This document shows positions 49,320 to 58,759 of a stretch of 64,000 nucleotides of DNA, piece by piece; within the stretch, counting starts at the first letter, position 1; every line of letters begins with the position of its first letter. Position numbers and translations under genes: made by a program. The notes under the pieces are model-generated. The model saw nothing but the letters and a program-made list of their open reading frames with translations, had not been told where the DNA came from and searched no databases. Source of the DNA: Gammaproteobacteria bacterium (lineage in GTDB: Bacteria > Pseudomonadota > Gammaproteobacteria > Ga0077536); NCBI GenBank assembly GCA_965223085.1, contig OZ244981.1, positions 577,161-641,160 of the forward strand, in the 5' to 3' direction.

Positions 49320-50117
49320 ATGAGTATCAGCTACCATTTTCCCACCGATAGTGCTGCCGCCTGGGCATTGATCAGCGACCCCAAAGCGAAGGTTATCGTG
49401 ATTGGCGGCGGCACTGTGACAACCCCAACGCTCTTCCAAGGTGCGTCGACACACACCGATATTGCCGATTTATCGCGCGCCGGATTGCATACCGCTAGCG
49501 ACGATGACGGCCGTATTCGGGTTGGGGCGATGATCCGAATAGTCGACTTCGAACGGATCACAGCGCTGCGCGCATTGCGCACAGCGGCCCGATCTGTGGG
49601 ATCGCCGGCCTTGCGCAACCTCGCCACTATCGGCGGTAATGTCGCCTATCGCGGTGATCTGGCCGTCGCCATGCTGGCACTGAAAAGCGATGTCGACATT
49701 CGCGATCGATCGGGACAGCGTACCGTGTCGTTGGAAGACTTCTATCGCGGTGATGTCAGTGTTCCGTACCTCATCACTGGGCTCACCATCCCTAAGCCGT
49801 TACCGTTGCGGCTTGGTTATTACAAATTCGCTCGACGTGCCCACAACACATCTGCGATCGTCACAGCAACAGTTGTGTGGCGTGATGATGCCGTCCGCAT
49901 CGCGATCGGCGGTGCGACCCCTAGCCCGTTCCTGGTTGAGTTAGACGCTACCGAAGTGGGCCAGGATCCCACACCCGAGACTTGTCGTGACATACTCGAA
50001 CGCAGTGGTACACCGATCGAACCGATCACCGACGCACAGGCGTCAGCGTGGTATCGCGCGCGGGTTATTCCGATCGCGCTAGCACGAGCTATTGGCGCCG
50101 CGCAGGCGCCACGATAA
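49320..50117 (+). CDS. xanthine-dehydrogenase/CO-dehydrogenase-family FAD-binding medium subunit (CoxM-like)
   Basis: MSISYHFPTDSAAAWALISDPKAKVIVIGGGTVTTPTLF..ATIGGNVAYRGDL.. FAD_binding_5-type motifs. An upstream alternative start at 49269 is possible. Confidence 0.8.
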   Translation: MSISYHFPTDSAAAWALISDPKAKVIVIGGGTVTTPTLFQGASTHTDIADLSRAGLHTASDDDGRIRVGAMIRIVDFERITALRALRTAARSVGSPALRNLATIGGNVAYRGDLAVAMLALKSDVDIRDRSGQRTVSLEDFYRGDVSVPYLITGLTIPKPLPLRLGYYKFARRAHNTSAIVTATVVWRDDAVRIAIGGATPSPFLVELDATEVGQDPTPETCRDILERSGTPIEPITDAQASAWYRARVIPIALARAIGAAQAPR

Positions 50118-50232
50118 CACGCAAATCTTTGTTGCGAGACGCTGGCAACGTAATAGCCCTAGGAGAAATCGTTAGTGACGTACAGTCGGAAAGGGTTCAA
50201 CAGCAGTTCATACTGCACCCGGGGACGATAAG

Positions 50233-50715
50233 GTGGTGGATACTGCAATCTCGATCGAGATAAATGGCCGCGATGAAACCGTCTTGGTAAATGCCACGAC
50301 ATCATTACACGCACTATTGCACGAGCGCCTCGATTTGCACAGCGTCCGATCGGGTTGTAGCGTGGGCACTTGCGGAAGTTGTGCAGTGTTACTCGACGGC
50401 GAACTCGTATTGTCCTGTCTCGTACCGGCGCTACGCGTCGAGGGCCACCGCATCGAAACGCTCGAAGGACTTTCACACGCAAACGAAATAGAGTCGATAC
50501 AAGCAGCCTTCATCGAATGCGGAGCAACACAATGTGGGTATTGCACGGCGGGAATGATTATCGCCGCGAAACAACTACTCGACGACAATCCCGCGCCGAC
50601 GCGTGAGGCGATTCTCGAAGCGATATCCGGTAACGTCTGCCGCTGCACTGGTTACGAACCCATTGTTGCGGCGATCGCGCTAGCCGCACATGGTCAAACC
50701 GATCTGGAGAAGTAA
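50233..50715 (+). CDS. (2Fe-2S)-binding small subunit (CoxS-like) of the molybdenum hydroxylase
   Basis: ..RSGCSVGTCGSCAVLLDG.. (plant-type 2Fe-2S Cys4) and ..CGATQCGYCTAGMI..CRCTGYEPI.. (second cluster). Confidence 0.85.
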   Translation: MVDTAISIEINGRDETVLVNATTSLHALLHERLDLHSVRSGCSVGTCGSCAVLLDGELVLSCLVPALRVEGHRIETLEGLSHANEIESIQAAFIECGATQCGYCTAGMIIAAKQLLDDNPAPTREAILEAISGNVCRCTGYEPIVAAIALAAHGQTDLEK

Positions 50716-50717
50716 GC

Positions 50718-52073
50718 ATGTACGACTTGAAAACAGTGACTTTTCCGGAGCAACACGATGACTCCTTAAGCGTCGTCGGGAAATCAATACCAAGACGCGG
50801 CGCGCCCGCTAACGTTCGGGGTGAGGTTAAATTCGTGGATGATGTCGCCTATCGCGGCATGCTACATCTAAAAATGGTGAGAAGCCCAATTCATCATGGA
50901 CTCATTAAATCCATCGATGATTCTGCGGCGGCTGAGGTCGACGGTTTTATCCGTACCCTGACTCATCATGATGTACCTAATAATTATTTTACGCCATTGC
51001 AGATCATCGGTGTCAGCCCCAATGACGAACCGGTATTAGCCACCGATAAGGTACGGCATCGAGGCCAATCCGTCATCGCCGTACTCGGTGAAACGCCGCA
51101 GGCAGCAGCGGCGGCGGCAGCTCGCGTAAGGGTCGAGTACGAGGAATTGCCGGCCGTGTTCGATGTCGAGCAAGCACTCGAACCAACGGCGCCCATCGTC
51201 GCCACGCACGGGAAGAATTATTGGGAGTACGAAGGTCACCCTTGTCGCCGTGTCCGTTTCGGCGATGTTGCGGCCGGTTTCGAACAGGCCGATGTGATCG
51301 TCGAGGATCGCTACGATACCTCACCTATCGAGCAAGCGCCGCTGGAAACAACCGCTTGCGTTGCCGTGCCCGGATCGGACGGCCGCGTTACGGTTCATAC
51401 CAACACACAAGCACTGTTTTTTACCCTAGCGAATACGTCCATCATCAGCGATATTGCGCCACATCGCCTGCGATTCCTCGGCGGTGTGGTCGGTGGTGGA
51501 TTTGGTGGCAAGTCTGATGCGATAACGGAGCCGCTCGCGGTTGTCGCCGCAAACCTCACCGGCCGTCCGGTGAAATTCAAGTATTCGCGCGAAGAAGAAA
51601 TGCAAGTGTCGTCTACCCGAGCCGCTTGGCGTTTCTATATCCGTGACGGGGTCAAACGTGATGGCCGAATCGTTGCGCGCGAGATCACCGCTTACGCAAA
51701 CTGTGGCGCATATACCCGCCTAGTGAACTACGGCGTCACGAAATGTGCAGCCCACCTGCCAGGACCCTATACCATCCCCAACGTATCGATCGATGCTTAT
51801 TGCGTCTATACGAATCGCCAACCCGGTAGTGCCATGCGCGGATTCGGTTGCACAATGGGTGACTTCGCGATCGAAATGCAAATGGACAAGATCGCCACGG
51901 AGTTAAATTTGGATCCATGGCGTGTTCGCATGGTCAACGCGTACCGCGACGGAGATATGAAGGCCCACCGCAAGGAGGTAGAAGGCGCTGCCCTAATTGA
52001 AGTTTTGCAGCAAGCAGCGCAGCAGGTCGGTCACGAACTTAGCGCTGACCTGGCAAGCATGCGCTCGTTCTAA
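50718..52073 (+). CDS. molybdopterin-binding large subunit (CoxL-like), N-terminal part (split gene)
   Basis: a/b-hammerhead (..GKSIPRRGAPANVRGEVKFVDDVAYRGMLHLKMVRSPIHHGLIKSID..) and the first Mo-binding domain (..GGGFGGKSD.., ..GCGAYT..). Ends at a TAA 16 nt before the next ORF. Confidence 0.75.
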   Translation: MYDLKTVTFPEQHDDSLSVVGKSIPRRGAPANVRGEVKFVDDVAYRGMLHLKMVRSPIHHGLIKSIDDSAAAEVDGFIRTLTHHDVPNNYFTPLQIIGVSPNDEPVLATDKVRHRGQSVIAVLGETPQAAAAAAARVRVEYEELPAVFDVEQALEPTAPIVATHGKNYWEYEGHPCRRVRFGDVAAGFEQADVIVEDRYDTSPIEQAPLETTACVAVPGSDGRVTVHTNTQALFFTLANTSIISDIAPHRLRFLGGVVGGGFGGKSDAITEPLAVVAANLTGRPVKFKYSREEEMQVSSTRAAWRFYIRDGVKRDGRIVAREITAYANCGAYTRLVNYGVTKCAAHLPGPYTIPNVSIDAYCVYTNRQPGSAMRGFGCTMGDFAIEMQMDKIATELNLDPWRVRMVNAYRDGDMKAHRKEVEGAALIEVLQQAAQQVGHELSADLASMRSF

Positions 52074-52088
52074 ATCGGAGAGATCCAC

Positions 52089-53093
52089 ATGGCGATTCGT
52101 GAAGGGCGGGGCATCGCCGCCGTCAATTATCCAACCGGGATGAATCTCGGCGGGGATCCATCGCAGGCGCTGATCCATGCTACGCCGACCGGCGAATTCC
52201 ACGTCGTCTTGGCATCGGTCGACCTAGGACAAGGCCTGCGCACCGTGATCGCGCAGATTGCCGCCGAAGCGCTCGGGGTTCCCATCGACGTCATCAACGT
52301 CCAAACCGGCGATACAGACACGGGGCCGCACTGCACGGGAACATTCGCGAGTCGTGGTACGCATCGTATCGGCAACGCAGTTGCGGCCGCGGCGGCAGAA
52401 GCCAGAAACGTTATGCTCGAGGTTGCCGCGAACGAACTTGAAGTCGATCCGGGCGATCTCGAAACGGACGGCGACGGCAATATTCATATCAAGGGTCACC
52501 CGGAACGCTCGATATCCGTTTGTGACACGGCCTTGGCCGCACATTTCGCAGTCGGTCGAACGATATCCGGTCGCGGCATCTACCTCAAGGAACCGAGTAC
52601 GCCAGATCCTGAGACAGGCGCGATGGACCCAGACTCGGGACACGCCCACGCGTGTGTTGTCGCCGACGTGCAAGTTGACACTGATACCGGTGAGGTGCGG
52701 GTCGTCGCGGTCCACAATGCTTTCGAGGTTGGCCGAGCCGTTAATCCGACCTTGGTGGAGCAACAGATCTTTGGCGGCGCGTGGATGGGAATGAGTCACG
52801 CGTTGTACGAAACAACGGCACCGTATTACCCTGAGCCTGATCACGCACCGGTCGATTTCGGCGACTACCTCATGCCGCATGGCGCAGAATTGCCGGAGGT
52901 CAGCAGCGTTGTCATCGAACGACCGAACGCTAGCGGGCCCTACGGCGTTAAAGGCGTCGGAGAGATGACCGCAAATCCGATTATTCCAGCCATCGCCAAC
53001 GCCGTGGCGGATGCGGTTGGTGTGCGTATAACGAGCCTTCCAATTACGCCCGAGAAGGTGCTACGGGCATTGGACGGCCTTAAGCGCACGTAA
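52089..53093 (+). CDS. molybdopterin-binding large subunit, C-terminal part (split gene)
   Basis: ..AHACVVADVQVDTDTGEVRVVAVHNAFEVGRAVNPTLVEQQIFGGAWMGMSHALYE..GPYGVKGVGEMTANPIIPAIANAV is the C-terminal domain of XDH-family large subunits. Own ATG with a GGAGAG RBS. 451+334 aa sums to a normal CoxL length. Confidence 0.75.
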   Translation: MAIREGRGIAAVNYPTGMNLGGDPSQALIHATPTGEFHVVLASVDLGQGLRTVIAQIAAEALGVPIDVINVQTGDTDTGPHCTGTFASRGTHRIGNAVAAAAAEARNVMLEVAANELEVDPGDLETDGDGNIHIKGHPERSISVCDTALAAHFAVGRTISGRGIYLKEPSTPDPETGAMDPDSGHAHACVVADVQVDTDTGEVRVVAVHNAFEVGRAVNPTLVEQQIFGGAWMGMSHALYETTAPYYPEPDHAPVDFGDYLMPHGAELPEVSSVVIERPNASGPYGVKGVGEMTANPIIPAIANAVADAVGVRITSLPITPEKVLRALDGLKRT

Positions 53094-53980
53094 TGGATAC
53101 CGTGTCCCAATCGATTCCGCAAACTGTATCGGATGTGGACGACAGCTTGCGTGCGACGGGGTATATCAGCGACGAGGGAATCGCGGCTGCCGTGTTTTTG
53201 GCGCTTCGTCTACAACGCCCGCTTCTACTCGAGGGATTTCCAGGTTGTGGCAAGACCGATTGTGCGAAGGCGCTGGGCGAAGTCCTCAAAACTGAGCTCA
53301 TCCGGCTGCAATGCTACGACGGATTAGGCGCTAAAGAGGCACTATACGATTGGGATTATTCGCGGCAGTTGCTTCATCTACGCGCAGTGCAGAACGAAGA
53401 GCAATCGCGTGGATTGGATCAAGAACTGTACAGTGAGCGATTTTTGCTAGCCCGTCCGTTGCTGCGCGCACTACAGGAGGCGCGCGCCCCGGTCGTCCTC
53501 ATCGACGAAATCGATCGCGCGGATGCAGATTTCGAGGCCTTTCTACTCGAGTTTCTCGATGAGTTCCAGGTAACGATTCCTGAAATCGGCAGTGTGACAG
53601 CGAGTGCCCGACCCCACGTTGTGTTGACGTCCAATCGTACTCGCGAATTGCACGACGCACTCAAGCGTCGTTGTATTTATCATTGGATCGACTTACCAAC
53701 ACCCGAGCGCGAGTTGGAGATCATCCGCTCACGTTGCCCAGATATATCGAAGCAACTAGCACACCGCATCAGTATCGCATTGCAACGTATTCGCGCGCTC
53801 GATTTAGCCAAAAAACCAGGGGTCGCCGAGGCCATCGACTGGGCGCGGGCTTTAATGCAATGGCAAGCTGCACAATCGCAAGGTGAGGACTGGGCACCAA
53901 CTCTTGGCGCATTGCTCAAGAACCGGCGCGATCTCGAGATCGCCCGCGAACAAAACGAGGAGATTTTCGCAGAAAATTGA
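53093..53980 (+). CDS. MoxR-type AAA+ ATPase (CoxD-like Mo-enzyme maturation factor)
   Basis: ..LLLEGFPGCGKTDCAKAL.. (Walker A), ..VVLIDEIDRA.. (Walker B). The start overlaps the coxL-C stop (TAATG). Confidence 0.8.
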   Translation: MDTVSQSIPQTVSDVDDSLRATGYISDEGIAAAVFLALRLQRPLLLEGFPGCGKTDCAKALGEVLKTELIRLQCYDGLGAKEALYDWDYSRQLLHLRAVQNEEQSRGLDQELYSERFLLARPLLRALQEARAPVVLIDEIDRADADFEAFLLEFLDEFQVTIPEIGSVTASARPHVVLTSNRTRELHDALKRRCIYHWIDLPTPERELEIIRSRCPDISKQLAHRISIALQRIRALDLAKKPGVAEAIDWARALMQWQAAQSQGEDWAPTLGALLKNRRDLEIAREQNEEIFAEN

Positions 53981-55140
53981 TCTCAGCTGCGGCGACTGTT
54001 CCTATTGTTCCGTCTTTGGTGGGATTCGCCTGTGCCTTGAGAGACGCGGGATTCATGATATCCCCAGAACAAACTAGGCGTTTCCTCCAAGCGGTGACCG
54101 AAATCCGCCTCGAACGCAAGGCGGAATTGTACTGGGCAGCGCGTGTGTGTTTGTTAAGCGACGCTACTCGTATCGCGACTTTTGACGCGGCGTTCCATGA
54201 TTATTTCAACACTACGCCGGGCGCCTTGCTTGGCGCTGAAATCGCGGATTCTGTCGCGACCAACGATCAATTAGGGCGACAGCTCGTGCACACCGGAATA
54301 GGTGATAACTCGTGTGATGTCGAGGGCGAAACTCGGGGCGGCGAAAACATGGGACGCGGCGCGTCCGGCGTCGAAAGACTTAGGACGCGTTACCTCGAGC
54401 CACCTAGCGCGGCAGAACGTGCGGTGCTAGACGAATTGGAACGCCGGCTGCATCACACAATATCACCCCGTGCCAGTCGTCGTTTCATGCGCGGCGACAG
54501 CGGCGACGAACTGGATTGGCACGCGACTATCGGTCGCATGCCGCGTACCTATGGTGAAATCAGTCGCCTCGAATGGAAGCAACGCCGAAAACAATACGCC
54601 ATACCGATCGTACTCATTGATATATCGGGCTCGATGTCCGCGCAGATCCGCCCGGCCATGATGCTCGCCTACGCCTTGACGCAGGCCTTTAAACGAACGC
54701 GCTGCTTTACCTTGGGCACCCGTTTGACCGATCTCGGCGATGCCCTGCATTCGCGTGACGCGGCGCAGTCATTCTGTCAGCTTAGCGAACGGGTCGACGA
54801 TTGGCAGGGTGGTACCCGCCTAGGCCCGACACTGCTGGAATTTGTGCAGGACTTCGAACGCGAGGCCCTGGTACGGGGCGCTCGAGTGCTGATAATTTCC
54901 GATGGATTGGAACGTGGCGATCCGAGTGCGCTTTATCTTGCGGTTCATCGGATCAAACTGTTGGCGTCACAGCTCACTTGGTGTTCGCCGCTGGCGCGCC
55001 GGTCCAACTACGAACCACGCACGCGAGCTATGCGGGAATTACGCCCAACACTCGGGCAGATCTTCCCCGGTTCTCAGCTATGGGAGTTAGGTGATTCTGT
55101 GCTTCGGGCTTGGTGTCGACCGGGTAGTGTAGTGAGGTAG
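53977..55140 (+). CDS. VWA-domain protein (CoxE-like)
   Basis: ..PIVLIDISGSMS.. (MIDAS DxSxS) in a roughly 387-aa protein after a MoxR ATPase. Putative TTG start overlapping the coxD stop; a downstream ATG at roughly 54053 is an alternative. Confidence 0.7.
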   Translation: MISAAATVPIVPSLVGFACALRDAGFMISPEQTRRFLQAVTEIRLERKAELYWAARVCLLSDATRIATFDAAFHDYFNTTPGALLGAEIADSVATNDQLGRQLVHTGIGDNSCDVEGETRGGENMGRGASGVERLRTRYLEPPSAAERAVLDELERRLHHTISPRASRRFMRGDSGDELDWHATIGRMPRTYGEISRLEWKQRRKQYAIPIVLIDISGSMSAQIRPAMMLAYALTQAFKRTRCFTLGTRLTDLGDALHSRDAAQSFCQLSERVDDWQGGTRLGPTLLEFVQDFEREALVRGARVLIISDGLERGDPSALYLAVHRIKLLASQLTWCSPLARRSNYEPRTRAMRELRPTLGQIFPGSQLWELGDSVLRAWCRPGSVVR

Positions 55141-55260
55141 GCTAGGGATTGTTAGACTGTCGGATAAGTCAGTAGAGCACGTAACATTTTCACCGCAGTT
55201 TAATTCGCACACTGTACGGTGAGGGAAAGTTCTCGCTCAACACCAGCGCCGGAAACCCGC

Positions 55261-56586
55261 ATGAAAACAGTGATTAAAAGCGCAAGCATCGTATCTATGG
55301 ACGAGGGTATCGGTGATCTCGCCTCCGGGGATATTTTGATCGAGGGGGAGCGCATCGCCGAAATCGGTGCGGATCTGGGCGTCATCGCCGCCGATGTCGT
55401 GATCGATGGTACGGACATGATCGCGATGCCCGGATTCGTCAACGGACATCTCCACTTGTGGCAGACCGCACTTCGTGGCATCGCTGGGGACTGGAGCCTA
55501 GGCCGGTATTTTCATACCTTGATCGAGGATGCGGTGCCGAATTACCGGCCGACCGATGTCATGATTGGCGATTTAGCGGGCGCACTTGATCAACTGAATT
55601 CTGGGGTCACCACACTCGTGGACTGGTGTCATATCGCTAATTCTCCAGAATATGCTGACGCCGCGGTAGACGGCCTCCTTGCATCGGGAATTCGCGCGGT
55701 GTTCTGCTACGGCGCGCCGATGACAATCCTACTTAACCCAGAAGCTGATCACCCCACGGACGTGCGTCGCATGCGCAAAGAACGATTGGCTTCTCGCGAC
55801 GCGTTGGTGACGATGGGACTTGCGCTACGTGGACCCGATTTTGCGCCGGGCACGGAAGAGACCGACATCCGCCTGGCTCGCGAACTCGATGTCCCGGCTA
55901 CTTTTCATATCGCCTGCGGAAAGTTTGGCCCGCGACCAGAATCTGTGGTTGCGCTCGCGCAAGCAGAGCTACTAGGCCCCGACATCAATCTCGTGCATGC
56001 CAACTTTTTGACCGACAATGAATTTCGTGCGGCGGCGAACTGCGGCGCGTCGATTGCGATTACGCCAGAGGTCGAGATGCAGATGGGGCTTGGGCTACCA
56101 CCCACCAATCCCGCGCGCGATCATCAGGTTAGGATCACACTCGGTACAGATATCGTAACCGACGTAAGTGCCGATATGTTTTCGCAAATGCGATTCCTGC
56201 TGCAGACAGAGCGTGCCTTACGTAACGATAAGCTTTTGCAACAAGGCGAAATGCCGGAGCAAATTGAATTCACCATACGCGATGTGCTGACTATGGCAAC
56301 GATTGAAGGCGCACGCGCATTCAATTTAGCGGATGAGATAGGCTCATTGACACCGGGGAAATTTGCCGATATTACGCTGTTACGCAAGAGTGATATCAAC
56401 ATGGCCTGCGTCAGGGATCCCGTTGCCGCAATCGTGCTTCACGCCAATCCCGCGAATGTCGACACAGTACTCGTAGCAGGTGTGCTGCGAAAAAGAAATG
56501 GGCAGCTTACCCACGCTGATTACGACAAAACGATGCACGAGCTACAAACATCGTCCGATTATCTCCATGCCGCCATGGTTTCATGA
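55261..56586 (+). CDS. amidohydrolase-1 superfamily metal-dependent hydrolase (chlorohydrolase / aminohydrolase-like)
   Basis: MKTVIKSASIVSMDEGIGDLASGDILIEGERIAEIG...GFVNGHLHLWQTALRG (HxH metal site)...HIAC..HANFL.. matches the guanine-deaminase/AtzA-B-like subgroup. Confidence 0.8.
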   Translation: MKTVIKSASIVSMDEGIGDLASGDILIEGERIAEIGADLGVIAADVVIDGTDMIAMPGFVNGHLHLWQTALRGIAGDWSLGRYFHTLIEDAVPNYRPTDVMIGDLAGALDQLNSGVTTLVDWCHIANSPEYADAAVDGLLASGIRAVFCYGAPMTILLNPEADHPTDVRRMRKERLASRDALVTMGLALRGPDFAPGTEETDIRLARELDVPATFHIACGKFGPRPESVVALAQAELLGPDINLVHANFLTDNEFRAAANCGASIAITPEVEMQMGLGLPPTNPARDHQVRITLGTDIVTDVSADMFSQMRFLLQTERALRNDKLLQQGEMPEQIEFTIRDVLTMATIEGARAFNLADEIGSLTPGKFADITLLRKSDINMACVRDPVAAIVLHANPANVDTVLVAGVLRKRNGQLTHADYDKTMHELQTSSDYLHAAMVS

Positions 56587-56657
56587 TGCTCGACTCACAC
56601 CCCACGCGCCTAAACCCAACAGGCTGCTAATAGTCGCCTTCCTTACACGCTGTCCGC

Positions 56658-57557
56658 ATGCTGCCAGTCGAAATTGTTGATGCGCACCACCACATCTGGC
56701 GCCAGAGGGATTTGCCATGGTTACAAGGAAAGATGCAGCCGCGCATTTTCGGACCCTACGAACCGATCATGCGCGATTATGGCGTGGAGGAATACATCCG
56801 TGATGCCGAGGAGTCTGGTGTGGTAGCGTCGATTTACGTACAGACGAATTGGCCGACCACGCAAGCCGTTGACGAGGTCGCATGGGTGGAATCGTGCGCA
56901 GCAGCGCATGGCAAACCGACGGCGATCGTCGCTTATTGTGATCTCGTGGGGAGTGCCGTCGAAGAAACGCTGGAACGTCAAGCCCTCGCCTCGAGCCGTA
57001 TGCGCGGGATCCGCATGCAATTGCACTGGCATAAAAACCTAATGTACCGATTCGCTGAGCGGCCCGATCTGTGCTGCGACGATCGCGTTCGCCACAGTTT
57101 GGAAAAGGTCTGTAAGCGCGGTTGGCTATTTGAACTACAAGTGTTCCCAGATCAGATGAACGATGCCGCACAGCTGGTCGCGGACTTACCTGATTTAAAC
57201 TTCGTGTTGGTACACGCCGGAATGCCCGAAACCGACACCGGCTCTGCCTTCACTAAATGGCGCGCCGCGATCGAAACGCTCGCAAACCACCAAAACTGCT
57301 ACACGAAACTGTCTGGTCAGGGCACCTTCTTACATCGTGTCGATGATAGTTTTATCGGCAATGTGGTTCGCGCGTGCTTAGATGTGTTCGGTGCTGAACG
57401 TTGCATGTTCGGCTCCAATTTTCCCATCGAGAAAATTTGGTCCGATTTCAGCGGGCTCATGCGCGGTTTTGATACGGCCTTGGCGGGGCTACCGGATGAC
57501 GTTATGCGAAAGCTGTTTTTCGAAAACGCGAATCGCGTTTATAAGCTCGGCCTCTAA
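56658..57557 (+). CDS. amidohydrolase-2 (PF04909-type TIM-barrel metal-dependent hydrolase/decarboxylase/lactonase family)
   Basis: MLPVEIVDAHHHIWRQRDLPWL.. (HxH)..VLVHAGMP..FGSNFP.. 299 aa. Confidence 0.75.
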   Translation: MLPVEIVDAHHHIWRQRDLPWLQGKMQPRIFGPYEPIMRDYGVEEYIRDAEESGVVASIYVQTNWPTTQAVDEVAWVESCAAAHGKPTAIVAYCDLVGSAVEETLERQALASSRMRGIRMQLHWHKNLMYRFAERPDLCCDDRVRHSLEKVCKRGWLFELQVFPDQMNDAAQLVADLPDLNFVLVHAGMPETDTGSAFTKWRAAIETLANHQNCYTKLSGQGTFLHRVDDSFIGNVVRACLDVFGAERCMFGSNFPIEKIWSDFSGLMRGFDTALAGLPDDVMRKLFFENANRVYKLGL

Positions 57558-58426
57558 GTACTACGCCTGCCGCGGTGCGGGCAGCGTTCCGTATACTTTC
57601 CATCCGGTTTTGCGACCACTCTGTAAGCGCTGGGTGCAACCCCCGTGTGGTTGCGGAAAAAGCGTGAGAAATTCCCCGGCTCAGTAAACCCGAGTTCAAC
57701 CGCGAGGTCATTTAGCGATACATCCGACCCCAATAGTCGATCGATCGCCGCCTCCACACGTAGCGTGTTCCAGTAGAGATTGGGTGTCACTTTCATGTAT
57801 TTCCGAAACAACGCGAAAAAATGCGGTCGCGAGATTCCGGCATCACGAGCGACCTCGTTCAAATTTGGTCGATCGTTTAGATGTGACCGCATGTAAGCGA
57901 TCGCTCGCTTGAGTCGAAAATCGACGAACTCGCCGGTGGGGAAAACCGGTGTCTGTTGGACCGAACGCGCCCCGGCTTTTTCCAGAACGCCATGTAGGAA
58001 TCGGGCGACTTGCTTGTCTAAATCCAGCTGCTCGTCGGGAAGTGACAATAACTGGGCGGAGAATTCCTGATACAAGGCTCGCAAGCCGTCATCAATTTCT
58101 ATCGAGTTCGCAGTGAAATTCGGATCGAAGCCAAGCCGAAGGCATTCGTGGGCCAGCCATGGCATCTCGAGATAGAACAGCAAAAACGTGACTGGGTCAT
58201 TGCTATCAAGGCGGCTAAACTCATGCGGCTCGAAGGAATTGACTAGTGCACAATGATCCTGATCCAACGGAATGGTATTGTCGCTAACGCGCATCTTGGT
58301 CCGCGCCCCAGCAAACCAGAAGATAAGATGCCCCTGAGGATGGGCGTGCTCAACAAGCGATGAGTTGGCGCGTAACAACGCGACCCGCCCGCATTCACCC
58401 CAGTTGACTCGCAAAATCTCAGACAA
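57554..58426 (-). CDS. AraC/XylS-family transcriptional regulator, convergent with the amidohydrolase-2 gene
   Basis: N-terminal cupin-like domain plus C-terminal HTH (..LNEVARDAGISRPHFFALFRKYMKVTPNLYWNTLRVEAAIDRLL..LAVELGFTEPGNFSRFFRNHTGVAPSAYR). Confidence 0.8.
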   Translation of the reverse strand: MSEILRVNWGECGRVALLRANSSLVEHAHPQGHLIFWFAGARTKMRVSDNTIPLDQDHCALVNSFEPHEFSRLDSNDPVTFLLFYLEMPWLAHECLRLGFDPNFTANSIEIDDGLRALYQEFSAQLLSLPDEQLDLDKQVARFLHGVLEKAGARSVQQTPVFPTGEFVDFRLKRAIAYMRSHLNDRPNLNEVARDAGISRPHFFALFRKYMKVTPNLYWNTLRVEAAIDRLLGSDVSLNDLAVELGFTEPGNFSRFFRNHTGVAPSAYRVVAKPDGKYTERCPHRGRRST

Positions 58427-58759
58427 TGTTGCGTCTCCGGTAAACGAGATTCTAGCTTACAACTCCGCAGCAGATTGCAATGAGCGGCACTTTTCTTGCA
58501 AAACAGCGCTATTTTACTAGAAGCGGCCGCAAAATTGTTTGCGCCAGCGCTGGCGCGGACTGTTCGGGCCACTGTTCGGGGTCGGACCAACCTATCTCCC
58601 GGATTTCGTTCGTATTAATTGCGAAATGAGGGGGGATTACGTCAGTTAGCATTCGATTGTGCAATGAAAATCAGCCGCTAAGCGTCGGAACGGCTGGCAG
58701 GCCAGGTGATGAACGCTTAGTACGGCGAAACCAGCTGAAAATCCGTGCCTAAGAACGTT

